A stretch of DNA of 64,000 nucleotides. Origin: Candidatus Tayloriibacteriota bacterium. GTDB taxonomy: Bacteria; Patescibacteriota; Minisyncoccia; Phycocordibacterales; SIBU01. The translations under genes and the position numbers were made by a program. Positions 45,023-56,237 of the stretch are shown in pieces. The notes under the pieces were generated by a model, which saw only the letters and a program-made list of their open reading frames with translations, ran no database searches and had not been told where the DNA came from. Each line of letters begins with the position of its first letter. Within the stretch, counting starts at the first letter, position 1. Location of the stretch: the NCBI GenBank assembly GCA_016188455.1, contig JACPHR010000010.1, positions 3,655-67,654 of the forward strand, written 5' to 3'.

Positions 45023-45373
45023 TTAGAGTGTCGTGGCGGTATTTTTGATGATAGTCACCAAGGCCGCGGCCGCAATCATGACGGTCATGCCGACTATGCC
45101 CCAAATCATCTGCCGGGCCCCCTTCCCCCGAGCTTCCGGGTCATCAGCAGAAGTGACAAAACCTTGAACGCCCCAAATAAATACCAGGGTGGCCAAGGCA
45201 AACATCAAAAACATCAGCGGCTTTAAGATGAAAGTGCTGATATTATTGACGAGCTTGTTAACTTCCGTTATACCCTCGGCAAAACCGAAAGCCGGCAGAA
45301 AGCTAAAAGCGGCAAAAATTAGCTTTTTCACAATTAAACGAACGCCAGTCACTTTTGCATTCTTACTCAACAT
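45023..45373 (-). CDS. VirB2/TrbC-like pilin
   Basis: FIWG...F......EAR.KG...MIWGIVG. Confidence 0.8.
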   Translation of the reverse strand: MLSKNAKVTGVRLIVKKLIFAAFSFLPAFGFAEGITEVNKLVNNISTFILKPLMFLMFALATLVFIWGVQGFVTSADDPEARGKGARQMIWGIVGMTVMIAAAALVTIIKNTATTL

Positions 45374-45770
45374 TTATATCTCCAGGAACAGTTGGAACCG
45401 TGACACCAGAAATGTCCTTGCTAAGATTTAACGAATTCTCCAGAATAGTCACCAACCCCCAAACCGAGAGCATGATGAAAATGCCGATGATTCCCCAAAT
45501 AATAAATTGCTTGGCGTTGGCCCGAGCTTCTTCGTCGGCGGCATTGCTGATGAAGCTAAAGACTCCGTAGATGACAACGAGGACAGCAAGACCGATAAGA
45601 AACGGAATGATGTAGTTTATAATCCGGTTGAGAGCGGTAATAAGACCGCCGATACCTGAGATATCAAACCCCACAGTTTTTTCAACAACTGGTGCAGGTT
45701 GGGCCGCCGCGACCTGGGCAAAACCGAGAAGAGCGGTGCCGAAAGAAGAACCCAAAATAAGCTTTTTCAT
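45363..45770 (-). CDS. VirB2/TrbC-like pilin
   Basis: IIPFLIGLAV..IYG..DEEARANAKQFIIWGIIG. Confidence 0.8.
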   Translation of the reverse strand: MKKLILGSSFGTALLGFAQVAAAQPAPVVEKTVGFDISGIGGLITALNRIINYIIPFLIGLAVLVVIYGVFSFISNAADEEARANAKQFIIWGIIGIFIMLSVWGLVTILENSLNLSKDISGVTVPTVPGDINVE

Positions 45771-46020
45771 TGTTAAAATTTGATTATTATGAACGACCTT
45801 TTAATAATAAAGACTTTCTCATAGTATACCCCTCCTAATCCGAATGGCAAGCGGGGTGTGGATAGCGGTATGCGAACAGCCTTGGCGAATAGGCACATGC
45901 GAATTAAGAAAGGTATGCGAATCCCAGTAGCAGAACAAGGCTCGCTACGGGACAGGTAGCCTTAACGAAACGAATAGGCACATGCGGATAAGCATGCGAA
46001 TCGCGAAATTCCCCCCCCCC

Positions 46021-46758
46021 TCAGCCGGATTGCCGGTCAGGCGTTGCCTCCGTTACCGGCAAGTTCGGCAAGTCAGGAATGGTCGGCCCCACCTTATCCA
46101 GCTCAAAACTTTTGACTAAGATGTTCACCAGACCCCAGATGGAAAGCATAATAAAAATACTGATAATGCCCCAGATAATGAACCGCCGTCCCTCGGCGCG
46201 CTTTTCTTCGTTATCCCCCTGACGAATGTAATTGATGATGCCGAAAAGGACGATGAAAACGCCAATGCCGACAAGAAACGGTATGACATGACTGCCGATG
46301 GCGATGGCCCGGTCAATGAATTCCGGTACCGTGGTGGGCACTTCCAGGTCGGAAACGTCAACCGGCTGGCCGTAAATATCCGTTACGACAGTAGTTGAAG
46401 TGTCAAGGTTGAAGCTGTTGACCAAAATAACCACGAAGCCCCAGACGGATAGCATGGCAAACACCCCGAGCACGCCCCACATGATGAAGTCCCGCGCTTG
46501 TTTGCGCTTTTCCTCATCCGCGGCCGAGGAAATGTAACCAAGAATGCCGTAGATGATGATAAACACCGCCAAACCGACAAGGAACGGGATAATGACATTG
46601 AGTATATTTTCAATTTGAACGATAAAATCGGCAATGCCGCCGTCCACCGCGTAGACAAAAACAGGAAGGATGACAAACAAACCTGAAAAAACGGCTCGCG
46701 GAAAAAGATTGGCCGCGCCGGCAATGAAGTGGTTACGGGAGTTTGAAAATAATGCCAT
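46021..46758 (-). CDS. tandem double VirB2/TrbC-like pilin
   Basis: two IPFLVG..EEKR..FI.WG..MLS.WG modules. Confidence 0.8.
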   Translation of the reverse strand: MALFSNSRNHFIAGAANLFPRAVFSGLFVILPVFVYAVDGGIADFIVQIENILNVIIPFLVGLAVFIIIYGILGYISSAADEEKRKQARDFIMWGVLGVFAMLSVWGFVVILVNSFNLDTSTTVVTDIYGQPVDVSDLEVPTTVPEFIDRAIAIGSHVIPFLVGIGVFIVLFGIINYIRQGDNEEKRAEGRRFIIWGIISIFIMLSIWGLVNILVKSFELDKVGPTIPDLPNLPVTEATPDRQSG

Positions 46759-46788
46759 GGATAACTTTAGTTAATGGGGAGTGGCTGA

Positions 46789-47466
46789 CTATAAAGCATT
46801 CTGAAAAGCTTGGCTGGCGGCTGTTTTTGCCGCGTTCAAGGTCGTCATCAGAGCCGCTTTATCAAGGTTAAATTTAGCAATAAGAGCTTTGAGGTCGGTT
46901 TGCTGTCTTGTCTGGGCGGCCTTGACGACGTCTTTATAAACCTTGTAGGCCGCATCAATTCTTGTTTTGGCAACGGTAAAATTGTCGGTTAACCTCCTCT
47001 TCTCCGTATTGAAGGTGCCAGTAGGACCAACTTTAGCGGCGTTAAAGACGCCCTTGGCCGCTGTGTCGGCGGTTTTTTTAGCGGTGACAGCGGCGGTTTT
47101 GGCAACACTGAGGTTAGTTTCAGTTTGGCGTCTAGCGTTTGCCTTAGCCACTGTGTCCGTCATGGCGTTGACCCTGGCAATGGCGGTATTATAAGCATTC
47201 TGGGCCGCGAGCAAAGCCGCGTCATAAGCAGTTTTGGCTCTTGTGAGAGCGGCTATGTAGGCATCGGCGGCGGGCTTGAGCGCGTTGTCCAGAGCGGTCT
47301 TGGCGGCTTTTATGCCGGCATCCCTTGTGGCTGTGAGGTCTTTAACGGCAGAGGCGTAAATCTGCTCGCCTGTCCTTGCCGTCTGGGCCTGTACGACAGC
47401 AAGGCCAAACGAGAGCGCTAAGGCGCTCGCGGCGATAACGGCCAAAAATATTTTTTGTTTTAACAT
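46789..47466 (-). CDS. secreted Ala/Lys-rich helical protein
   Basis: signal peptide, AAKTA-type repeats. Confidence 0.75.
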   Translation of the reverse strand: MLKQKIFLAVIAASALALSFGLAVVQAQTARTGEQIYASAVKDLTATRDAGIKAAKTALDNALKPAADAYIAALTRAKTAYDAALLAAQNAYNTAIARVNAMTDTVAKANARRQTETNLSVAKTAAVTAKKTADTAAKGVFNAAKVGPTGTFNTEKRRLTDNFTVAKTRIDAAYKVYKDVVKAAQTRQQTDLKALIAKFNLDKAALMTTLNAAKTAASQAFQNAL

Positions 47467-47643
47467 GTTTTTTAATAATTTACTTGTAAATCTAGCTAAA
47501 GCTATTATAGCACGATTTCATTCTTGTTCATCCCCCCGTCCCGAGGTTCAACCTTTCTCCCGATTTAAGGTTGAATCTCGGGATTTCCTTTTTGCTATTT
47601 TCTACTATCTATTATCTATTTCTACCTATCTATTATCTATTTT

Positions 47644-47973
47644 CTATACTCCCAAATAGGTTTTAGCCAAAATCCTGGCAAGGCCCCAAAAGGAAAAGAT
47701 GACTAGCATGCCGACAAGGCCGTAAACGATGAGCTGTTTGGCTTTGCCCAAACGTTCTTCATCGCCGCCCGCGCCGACATATTTCAAAACGCCGGTGAAG
47801 AGACCAAAGAAACCAAAGAGGGCGAGGAACGCCACCACCGGATTGAGGATGGCAATAAAATTGTGGACGAAGTCGGTCAAATTTTCCGGCCTGCCGTCCG
47901 CGGTCATGGCAGAAACCGTAATTGGTAGATACGAACATGCGAATGTTACAAACCATACTAACATTACGAACAT
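47644..47973 (-). CDS. VirB2/TrbC-like pilin (start uncertain)
   Basis: LPITVSA leader; AGGDEERLGKAKQLIVYGLVG. Confidence 0.75.
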   Translation of the reverse strand: MFVMLVWFVTFACSYLPITVSAMTADGRPENLTDFVHNFIAILNPVVAFLALFGFFGLFTGVLKYVGAGGDEERLGKAKQLIVYGLVGMLVIFSFWGLARILAKTYLGV

Positions 47974-48104
47974 TGTACGAAAATACAAAAAAATATGAAC
48001 GCCATAGCGGTATTTGCAAAGTTCTCGTATGCGTTCGTATAGTGCGTATGAAGTTCGTAATGTTCGTATCATTTGTATAGTTGGTATGTTGGTATGGCTT
48101 TAGC

Positions 48105-48512
48105 CTAGGGTGTTGGACAGGTAAGGCCCGCGGTGCCCAACTGCTCGATGGTGCCGCAAACGACGGCGGAAAGCACTTTGGCGCCGAGAAGGATGGCAAT
48201 GCCGATAACCGTCCAGAGAAGGGCGGTTTTGGCTTCGCTTAACTTGTCTTCGTTGCCGCCGGCCATAACCATTTTGAAGCCCGAGTAAATCAGGAAAAAA
48301 ATCGCCACCACGCTGGCAATCGGGAAAACGGTGTCAAGCAACAAAGTGATAAACTTGAAAAGGGTGTCGTTTTCGCGGCCGAGAGGATTGGGAATGGTGG
48401 CTGACGTGTTGGTGACTATGTCGTGGTTGGTAGCCAAAACTAAAGCCCGCGGAAGGTAAAAAAGAAAGCCGGCGGCAACCCAAAAAAACTTTTTACTTCT
48501 TTTTATAAACAT
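48105..48512 (-). CDS. VirB2/TrbC-like pilin
   Basis: IPNPLG, IYSGF..AGGNEDKLSEAK..LWTVIG. Confidence 0.85.
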   Translation of the reverse strand: MFIKRSKKFFWVAAGFLFYLPRALVLATNHDIVTNTSATIPNPLGRENDTLFKFITLLLDTVFPIASVVAIFFLIYSGFKMVMAGGNEDKLSEAKTALLWTVIGIAILLGAKVLSAVVCGTIEQLGTAGLTCPTP

Positions 48513-48532
48513 GATAGATTTTGTTAGCTAGC

Positions 48533-48979
48533 TTAAGGTGTGGTCGGAGTCAACAACGACTTGAACTGGCTGTCTTTGATGAAACCGGCCTCAATGGCGT
48601 GAACGATAAGCCAAGCGGAGAGCATAATGAGAAAGCCGATAAGCACTTTGCCGAAAATTGACTTGGCCTGCTCTATTTTACTCATTTCGCCGCCAGCCGT
48701 CATCATCAGGAAACCGGCCCAGCCGAAAGCCACCGCCGAGAAGGCGGCCCCGAGAATGATGAGATAGTTGGTAATGTTCCCCACCAGCTTAACCAGGTCG
48801 GCCCAGCCGCAGTCATGCTTGAAGGCCGCGTTTATCGGCTGACCTTGTGCGTCAACCGCGTTCGAAGCGTAACCGCAAGGCACAATGGGCGACTGGGCCG
48901 CCGCCACGAGGGGCGCCGCCGCAAACAGACTAAAAACGATAGCTATGGCGCCGACAAAAATTGTTCCTCTCTGCAACAT
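48533..48979 (-). CDS. VirB2/TrbC-like pilin with Cys pair
   Basis: IVPCG..C..DL; AGF.MMTAGG....EQAK. Confidence 0.85.
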   Translation of the reverse strand: MLQRGTIFVGAIAIVFSLFAAAPLVAAAQSPIVPCGYASNAVDAQGQPINAAFKHDCGWADLVKLVGNITNYLIILGAAFSAVAFGWAGFLMMTAGGEMSKIEQAKSIFGKVLIGFLIMLSAWLIVHAIEAGFIKDSQFKSLLTPTTP

Positions 48980-49020
48980 TGATTTTTACTTTTTACTTTT
49001 TCCCCAATTCTTACTGTATT

Positions 49021-49053
<33 letters not shown>

Positions 49054-49058
49054 GACTC

Positions 49059-50339
49059 CTAAAGTCCCCTCGACAAACCAATTAAATTTTGCCCCGCGAC
49101 GCTGATGGCCCGGCCGACCTCAAGCTCCCCGCCCGTCACGGATTCTATCATACTTTGAAAAACAGCCTGCGAGGCCGCGGGATTGGGGTCAAGCCAAGCG
49201 CGCGCTCTGACGGCCGAGTTGTAAAAAATGGTTTGATAAGGGTCATTGGGGCTCGGCGCGAGCATCGCCCGCCTGACCGGCGGCAGGCCGGTGGCTTGGC
49301 TCAAACGGCCGAGGGGGCCGGGGCCGGTGATGGCGACGGCCGCTTGGAGGGCGCCGACGGCGTTTCCGGAATTTTTGAGCACCGCCAGACCCTGCATCCG
49401 CCCAAAAGTAAGAGCCACCGAGGCGCCTTTGGGCTGAGGGAAGAAAGTGACGTCAAAATTGAGGTTGGGATTTTTATCGCGAATCTTGGCAATCTCCGAA
49501 GCAAAGCCGAAATAAAAAGCCAAGTCGCCGGCGGTAAACATCTCTCGGGAATTGCTAAGCGCCCGGTTCCAGGCGTAATCCGGCTTGACCGGATTGGCAA
49601 AATCGGTATAAAAATTGAGGGCGCCGACGGTGCCGAGAGTGGGCGGGGTGAGCTTGACCTCAAGGCCGGCCGGGCCGTAGGCGGTGATGGGGTTGCCGGT
49701 CTGCATCAGGAGGGCGGCGATAATCTCTTTAGCGTTGGTGATATTGCGGAACTCGCCCAAAGCCACGGCGCTTTTCAAGATATTGAGATTCTTGTCTTTG
49801 ACGGTAAGCTTTGGCGCGAGAGCGATAAACTCGTTCCAAAACGCCGGCGGCAGGGACAAGCCGGCGTTTATAAGCAGATCGCGATTCCAATACATCACCA
49901 GCGGGTCAACGGCGAAAGGCAGGGCGATAATGCCGGCGTCGTCCAAATAGAGCTCCGCTTCCTGAATGAAAGTATTTTTGAACGTCGGCAGCGACATTGA
50001 GCTGTAAGACAAAGGCAAAACCTTGCCGCGGTATCTCATAATCAAGTCCTGCGGCAGCAGAATGGCGTCCGGCCCGACGCCCGAGGCCAGCGCTTCTATC
50101 AACCCCTGGTCAAAACTTTCCGGCTTCTTCTCAATGTAGGTGAGTTTCAAACCGGCCTTGCCCTGCTTGAGGTCGGCGACGGCGTTGTTAAACTCCGCGA
50201 CGGGCATTGTGCCCCAGATGACGACGGGGAAACTATTGCCGCGATTGGCGCTTTTAGTGGTGGCAAGCACAATCACGCCGGCGATAATCGCCAGAGCGAA
50301 AACGGCGAGAGTGATGGCTTGGAAAGGGGTAATCTTCAT
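49059..50339 (-). CDS. extracellular solute-binding protein family 1
   Basis: VIWG, ALASGVGPD, ALPFAVDPLVMYWNRDL. Confidence 0.85.
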   Translation of the reverse strand: MKITPFQAITLAVFALAIIAGVIVLATTKSANRGNSFPVVIWGTMPVAEFNNAVADLKQGKAGLKLTYIEKKPESFDQGLIEALASGVGPDAILLPQDLIMRYRGKVLPLSYSSMSLPTFKNTFIQEAELYLDDAGIIALPFAVDPLVMYWNRDLLINAGLSLPPAFWNEFIALAPKLTVKDKNLNILKSAVALGEFRNITNAKEIIAALLMQTGNPITAYGPAGLEVKLTPPTLGTVGALNFYTDFANPVKPDYAWNRALSNSREMFTAGDLAFYFGFASEIAKIRDKNPNLNFDVTFFPQPKGASVALTFGRMQGLAVLKNSGNAVGALQAAVAITGPGPLGRLSQATGLPPVRRAMLAPSPNDPYQTIFYNSAVRARAWLDPNPAASQAVFQSMIESVTGGELEVGRAISVAGQNLIGLSRGL

Positions 50340-50447
50340 ATGTAGCGATGCTAATCTACGAATTCATGCGAATGATACGAATAAAATGGTGTAACGATAT
50401 TGTACCAACATTCGCGTTATTCGCATACATTCGCGGGTTCGCATCGG

Positions 50448-50972
50448 TTATCTTCTAAAGATAAGCCCGTAGTGATGCTCTCCCGCTTTGATGCCACGCT
50501 CAAAATCAAAACCGGCTTTTTCAAACAGAGAGCGAGCGTCCTCTTCAGAGAAAACATGCTCGGGTTGCGGACCTAAACCGCCAAAAGATTCTTTCCAGTC
50601 AACCACAAGCACTCGGCCCCCGGGCTTAAGGATTCTTTTGACTTCAAGAGGGAAATCATTTTTGCGCTCAAGCTGAAAAAGAGTGTTGCAGACAAGCGCT
50701 GAGTCCACCGAAGCATCGGCCAGCCTGGTGCCGCCAAGCTTTTCAATGTCGCCCCAGAGAGCTTCAATGTTCGGCAAGCCGCTCCGCTGGGCTTCGTTTT
50801 TAATTTTTTGGAGCATCTCTTTCAAAGCGTCAATGGCATATACCCGGCCGAGCTTGCCCACCGCCCGGGCGGCGGCCATGGTATAAAAACCGGCGCCTGA
50901 ACCGAGGTCGGCGACATGGGAGCCGGGCGCTAGGCTAAATTGCTCTATGTTTTTTTGAGGGTCGGAGAACAT
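50448..50972 (-). CDS. class I SAM-dependent methyltransferase
   Basis: VADLGSGAG, RILKPGGRVLVVDW. Confidence 0.9.
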   Translation of the reverse strand: MFSDPQKNIEQFSLAPGSHVADLGSGAGFYTMAAARAVGKLGRVYAIDALKEMLQKIKNEAQRSGLPNIEALWGDIEKLGGTRLADASVDSALVCNTLFQLERKNDFPLEVKRILKPGGRVLVVDWKESFGGLGPQPEHVFSEEDARSLFEKAGFDFERGIKAGEHHYGLIFRR

Positions 50973-51130
50973 GCCAAAATGAAAATTGAAAAATCAAAAT
51001 GGAAAATGACAATGTAAAATCTTAAAATTTTTAATTTTGCATTGTCATTTTGATTTTTGATATTTACATTTTACATTATTATAGCCTAGTTAGCAGCAAA
51101 TAAAAAGTCAGAATATCTTATATCACTTGG

Positions 51131-53608
51131 CTAAAGACATGTTAGAGACGCAATAGCGTCCCCTTCGCGCAACTTCATGACGCGCACCCCTTGAGTCTGG
51201 CGGCCGATAATCGGAATCTCTTTGACATCAACCCGGATCACCTGGCTCTTTTTGGAAATGGCGATGACTTCTTCGGTTTCCGTTTCGTCAACAACTTTTG
51301 AGGCCATGAGCTTGCCGGTCTTGGCGGTAATTTTGACCGTCTTAATGCCGGAGCCGCCGCGCTTCTGGGTCTTGTATTCCTTAAGCAAGGTCTTTTTGCC
51401 GTAGCCGTTTTCCATAATGACGAGCAGGGTCGGATTTTTCTGGCCTTTCTTGATGACGTCGGCGCCGACCAGGGTGTCGGCCTTTTTTAGGCGGACAACC
51501 CGCACGCCGCCGGCGCTTCGGCCCATTTCGCGGATATCGCTTTCTTGGAAACGGATGGCTTGGCCGTTTCTCGTGACTACAATGCAGTCGTCGCCTTTCT
51601 CCGCGAACGAAGCCGAAATCAGCTGGTCGTTTGGCTTAAGCTTGATGGCAATCAAGCCGGAACGGCGCACGTCATGAAAACTTTTGGCGGCCACTTTTTT
51701 ACCGACGCCGTTTTTGGTCACCATCAAAAGCGACAGGCTTGACTGCTTCACCGCCTTGGGCATGGCCAAAATGCCGGTGACTTTTTCGTCGTCGGCAAGC
51801 GGGATGAAATTGACGATTGACTTGCCGCGCGTCGCCCGCCGGCCTTCCGGCATTTCATACATCTTGATTTGGTAGGCCTTGCCTTTGTCGCTGAAAAATA
51901 AGAGGTCGCTGTGGGTGGTGGTGGTGAGAAAGGTGGTGACAAAATCTTCTTCTTTGGTGTCAAGGTCAACGACGCCGACGCCGCCGCGTTTTTGCTTGCG
52001 GTATTCTTCCGGGTCGGTGCGCTTGATATAGCCGCCTTTGGTGAGCACCAAGACGCTCTCGGTGTCCGGAATCAAATCTTCCTCGGAAAAAGCGCCCACA
52101 CCCTGTTTGATGATTTTGGTGCGACGCTCGTCCCCGTATTTGGCTTTGATTTCTTTCAGTTCGTCCTTGATGATGGCAAGAATTTTTTTCGGGCTGGCCA
52201 AAATTTCCTTAAGGGTTTTGATGAGGGTTTGAGTGACTTTGAGCTCGTCTTCAATTTTCTGCCGTTCAAGGGAAGCCAAGCGCGAGAGTTTCATTTCCAA
52301 AATGGCTACGGCTTGTTTATCGGAGAACTTGAATTGCTTCATTAGGTTGGCCTTGGCCTCATCCGTATCTTTTGACCTCTTGATGAGCTTAATGATTTCG
52401 TCGATGCGGTCAAGGGCCTTTTTGAGACCGATCAAAATGTGCTCCCGCTCTTCCGCTTTTTTAAGGTCAAACTCAGTCCGGCGCCGGACGACGCTCACCC
52501 GATGGGCCACAAACTCTTCAAGCAGGGCTTTGAGCGGCAAGGTCTGGGGGACGCCGTCCACGAGCGCCACCACGTTGAAGTGAAAGGTCTCCTCGAGCTG
52601 GGTGTGTTTGTACAGGAAATTCAAAACTTTCTCCGGATAGGCTCCCTGCTTCAGGTCTACGACGACGCGGATATCCTTGGACGATTCGTCGCGCAGGCCC
52701 TTAATACCTTCAACTTTTTTCTCCCTGACTAAATCGGCAATCCGCATGATGAGTTCGGCTTTGTTGACCCGATACGGAATAGAAGAGATGACAATCTGCG
52801 TCATGCCGGCTTTGCCTTCTGTGATTTCAGCCACGCCGCGTGTTACGACGCCGCCGCGGCCCGAGCCGTAGGCGTGCTGGAGGTCTTTGGCGCCAAAGAC
52901 GATGCCGCCGGTCGGAAAATCAGGCCCTTTGATGAACTGGAACAGGTCTTCAGTGGTGGCGTTTTTGTCGTCAATCAAGTGAACCGTCGCATCCACAACC
53001 TCGTCTAAGTTGTGAGGCGGAATGTTGGTAGCCATACCGACGGCAATACCGAGCGTGCCGTTCAAAAGCAGATTGGGGACAGCAGCCGGTAAAACTGTCG
53101 GCTCTTTCCTCGTACCTTCGTAATTGGGCCGCCAGTCCACCGTCTCCCGGTCTATGTCTCGAAGCATTTCTTGCGCCATGCGGGACATTTTGGCTTCCGT
53201 ATATCTGTCAGCGGCGGCATTATCGCCGTCAATCGAACCGAAGTTTCCCTGACCAATGACAAGGGGATAACGCATGCGAAAATCTTGGGCCATGTTGACC
53301 ATTGAATCATAGACAGCTACGGTGCCGTGGGGATGATAGTTACCGGTAACATCTCCGACAATTTTGGCGGATTTTCTGGTTTTAGCATTGGCAGTAAGAC
53401 CTAATTCGTGGAGCGTATACAAAATCCGCCGGTGTACCGGCTTCAAACCGTCGCGCACGTCCGGGAGGGCGCGGGCGGTGATGACCGACATAGCGTAGTC
53501 CAGATAAGACTCCTTCATTTCGGCCGAAATGTTGCGGGTAATAACATTCACATGCGGGCCTATTTCAGGCCTTTTTTCGGGCTTTTTGTCGTCCTTTCGG
53601 TCGGGCAT
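51131..53608 (-). CDS. gyrA: DNA gyrase subunit A
   Basis: [18 protein letters not shown], GyrA-box QKRGGVG. Confidence 0.98.
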   Translation of the reverse strand: MPDRKDDKKPEKRPEIGPHVNVITRNISAEMKESYLDYAMSVITARALPDVRDGLKPVHRRILYTLHELGLTANAKTRKSAKIVGDVTGNYHPHGTVAVYDSMVNMAQDFRMRYPLVIGQGNFGSIDGDNAAADRYTEAKMSRMAQEMLRDIDRETVDWRPNYEGTRKEPTVLPAAVPNLLLNGTLGIAVGMATNIPPHNLDEVVDATVHLIDDKNATTEDLFQFIKGPDFPTGGIVFGAKDLQHAYGSGRGGVVTRGVAEITEGKAGMTQIVISSIPYRVNKAELIMRIADLVREKKVEGIKGLRDESSKDIRVVVDLKQGAYPEKVLNFLYKHTQLEETFHFNVVALVDGVPQTLPLKALLEEFVAHRVSVVRRRTEFDLKKAEEREHILIGLKKALDRIDEIIKLIKRSKDTDEAKANLMKQFKFSDKQAVAILEMKLSRLASLERQKIEDELKVTQTLIKTLKEILASPKKILAIIKDELKEIKAKYGDERRTKIIKQGVGAFSEEDLIPDTESVLVLTKGGYIKRTDPEEYRKQKRGGVGVVDLDTKEEDFVTTFLTTTTHSDLLFFSDKGKAYQIKMYEMPEGRRATRGKSIVNFIPLADDEKVTGILAMPKAVKQSSLSLLMVTKNGVGKKVAAKSFHDVRRSGLIAIKLKPNDQLISASFAEKGDDCIVVTRNGQAIRFQESDIREMGRSAGGVRVVRLKKADTLVGADVIKKGQKNPTLLVIMENGYGKKTLLKEYKTQKRGGSGIKTVKITAKTGKLMASKVVDETETEEVIAISKKSQVIRVDVKEIPIIGRQTQGVRVMKLREGDAIASLTCL

Positions 53609-53755
53609 AGTGCTGTAATTCTAGCAAAAATAGAGGCCTTTGGCCATACCAATCTACTAATGAATACGAATCTGCGAATAACTACCAATGTGATATGCGT
53701 GGGGGTATTATTCGTAGTTATTGGCGGTATTGGCAACATTCGTATATTGGTATAT

Positions 53756-54013
53756 TCATTTGTATCCGAAAATGTCGGCGCTGATTTTTTTGACCGAATC
53801 AATGAAACTGACAATGTTCGTTTTGACTTCATCAATCGGCCGCAACTGTTTCGCCAAGGCCGCGCTGTCTGCGTCGCTGACCTTCAGATTCAAATCAAAG
53901 GTGGAAAGCCACACAATAAAAATGACGCCCGTAATAACAGCGGTGGTAAAAAGCAAAACCCGTTTTCTGTAAGCCAACGGCTTTTTCCGGAGCTGTTCCA
54001 AGTAGTTAAACAT
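53756..54013 (-). CDS. hypothetical single-TM protein
   Basis: LEQLRKKP..RKR + TM. Confidence 0.7.
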   Translation of the reverse strand: MFNYLEQLRKKPLAYRKRVLLFTTAVITGVIFIVWLSTFDLNLKVSDADSAALAKQLRPIDEVKTNIVSFIDSVKKISADIFGYK

Positions 54014-54109
54014 ACTAATATACTATACTGCTAATAACTGCGAATACTCCCGGTAGACAACATTAAGTAGTTATTCGCAGATTCGTACTAATTCGTATAT
54101 TGGTATCGG

Positions 54110-54754
54110 TTATTGCGCCAGCAATACGACCACCTCTCCCTCCTTTCCCTCCAAATCTTTTTTCTTGAGAGTCAACTTGTCAACGGGCTTGGTTTCCTCT
54201 TCCCCCGCTTCCTTGAGAAAAACTTTGAGAGCTTTATCACCCACGCCGCCGTAGTGCATCGGAATTATCAATCGAGGCTCAAGCTTGACCGAGAGTTCAT
54301 AGGCGGCCGCGGGCGACAGTACGCCGCCGCCCACCGGCACGAACAAAATATCAATATCGTCAAGCGCCTCTTTGGTTTCAGCCGGCAAATCTTTTGAATC
54401 AAGCGCGCCGAGAAAACAGAGGTTCATGCCTTCGAGCGAAACGTTGTAAATAGTGTTGATGCGAGAATCTTTCGAGCCCGCCTCTAGTCCGTAACGCGAC
54501 TCTCCCTTGAAACCTTTTATAAAAATACCTTTTATCTCATACTCGCCCGGACCGCTAATGACAAACGGCGCCCGCTCGCCGTGGGTGACGTTCTCCACGC
54601 CGTTAAAATCCTTGTCGTTGAGACTGACCAAGGCGATATCGGCGCCGAAGCGGGCGCCCTTGTGTTTTGATTCTTTGGCAATGGGGTTAAAAGCGATAAC
54701 CGTGTCGCCGAATTGGATTTTGAATGCTTCAAGCCCAAGGTAGGTGATAATCAT
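54110..54754 (-). CDS. MBL-fold protein (Lactamase_B_3-like)
   Basis: ITYLG..FKI, GPGEYEIKG, DILFVPVGG, IIPMHY. Confidence 0.85.
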   Translation of the reverse strand: MIITYLGLEAFKIQFGDTVIAFNPIAKESKHKGARFGADIALVSLNDKDFNGVENVTHGERAPFVISGPGEYEIKGIFIKGFKGESRYGLEAGSKDSRINTIYNVSLEGMNLCFLGALDSKDLPAETKEALDDIDILFVPVGGGVLSPAAAYELSVKLEPRLIIPMHYGGVGDKALKVFLKEAGEEETKPVDKLTLKKKDLEGKEGEVVVLLAQ

Positions 54755-54965
54755 AGGGAGAATAGTAAATAGAAAATAGAAAATAGTAAAGAGTTTTGCC
54801 TATTTTCTGTTGGGACGTTTGCTATGTTCGGGTTGTTATGTATAATATCCCGCATGCCTGTCTGCCCTCTCATTTTGGCGGTTTGCTAACGCAAAGGCCA
54901 TTAATAAAACGCGCCGGGGTTAACCTTGCGGACATGGGTTCGTAAACCCCCGGCCGCCATTGATA

Positions 54966-56168
54966 ATGAAAAAAAACGATACTGCGGCAACCGCTCTCAA
55001 AGAAGCCACTGACTTAGTAAACAGTCTACGGGGGTCGGCTAGGTCAACCGGACTAACCCAAAAAGACAGCAACGGCAAAACGGCGGAAGAGGAAAAAGAA
55101 AAAAAGGAAAGCCTGATGAGCAGGCTCCTGAAAGAGAGCGGCAATCCGCCTGCCGTTGGCGACTTGATTGAAGGTGGGGTTCTAAACATTGAGAAGGCTA
55201 GGGTGTTCGTTGACCTGCCGCCTTACGGCACGGGCGTCATCTACGGCCGCGAGTATATCAACGCCCGCGACGTCATCAAGAAAATTTCAATCGGCGACAA
55301 AATCACCGCCAAAGTCGTTGACGTGGAAAACGAAGACGGCTACATTGAGCTGTCGCTTCGCGAGGCCCGCCAAGCCATGATCTGGAGCGAGGCCGAGACG
55401 GCCATCCGCGACAAGAAAATCCTGGACCTCACGGTCAAAGAGGCCAACAAGGGCGGACTGATTCTTGAGTGGCAGAGCATCGCGGGTTTTCTGCCCGCCT
55501 CCCAGCTCAAAGCCGAACACTACCCGCGCGTGGCCGACGGCGACAAGGATAAAATTCTTGAGGAACTGCGAAAACTGGTCGGCGAGCGAGTTTTGGTGTC
55601 GGTCATTTCCGCCATTCCCAAGGAGGGTAAACTGATTTTCTCCGAAAAAAGCCCCGAGTCAAAAGACAAGAAAAAGATTGTCGGCAAGTACACTGTGGGC
55701 GACGAAGTGGCGGGTGAAGTGACCGGCACCGTGGACTTCGGCGTATTCGTAAAGCTGGAAGAAGGCCTGGAGGGCTTGGTGCACATTTCGGAAATTGATT
55801 GGGCGCTCGTTGAAGACCCGAGACTGCTTTTCAAGGTCGGCCAGAAGGTAAAGGTAAAAATCATTGAAATCAAAGACGGCAAGATTTCCCTCTCCATCAA
55901 GGCTCTCAAACCAAACCCTTGGATTGAAGCAGCCAAGAAATACAAGAAAGATGACGTGGTCAAAGCCGTCATCATTAAATTCAACAAACACGGCGCGCTG
56001 GCCTCAATTGAAGAAGGGGTGGCCGGCCTTGTCCACATTTCCGAATTCGGCACCGAGGATAAACTGCGTGCCAATCTTGAGCTCGGTAAAACCTATACCT
56101 TCAAAATCACCTTCTTTGACCCTAAGGAGCAAAAAATGGCGCTCTCCTTCGTGGCTGATAAAAAATAA
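54966..56168 (+). CDS. rpsA: ribosomal protein S1-like (four S1 domains)
   Basis: ANKGGL, GFLPASQL, DFGVFV..GLEGLVHISEI. Confidence 0.9.
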   Translation: MKKNDTAATALKEATDLVNSLRGSARSTGLTQKDSNGKTAEEEKEKKESLMSRLLKESGNPPAVGDLIEGGVLNIEKARVFVDLPPYGTGVIYGREYINARDVIKKISIGDKITAKVVDVENEDGYIELSLREARQAMIWSEAETAIRDKKILDLTVKEANKGGLILEWQSIAGFLPASQLKAEHYPRVADGDKDKILEELRKLVGERVLVSVISAIPKEGKLIFSEKSPESKDKKKIVGKYTVGDEVAGEVTGTVDFGVFVKLEEGLEGLVHISEIDWALVEDPRLLFKVGQKVKVKIIEIKDGKISLSIKALKPNPWIEAAKKYKKDDVVKAVIIKFNKHGALASIEEGVAGLVHISEFGTEDKLRANLELGKTYTFKITFFDPKEQKMALSFVADKK

Positions 56169-56179
56169 ATGAACCCTCC

Positions 56180-56219
56180 TTTATCTCATATAGATACGAT
56201 GGTAATTATATGAGATAAA
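56180..56219. repeat. palindrome CTCRTATA-N14(ACGATGGT)-TATRTGAG, copy 1 (copy 2 at 56833-56864)
   Basis: 13-bp arms; homologous copy on the other side of the PaaX-like gene. Confidence 0.8.
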
Positions 56220-56237
56220 TGATAAAATTCCGAGTAA

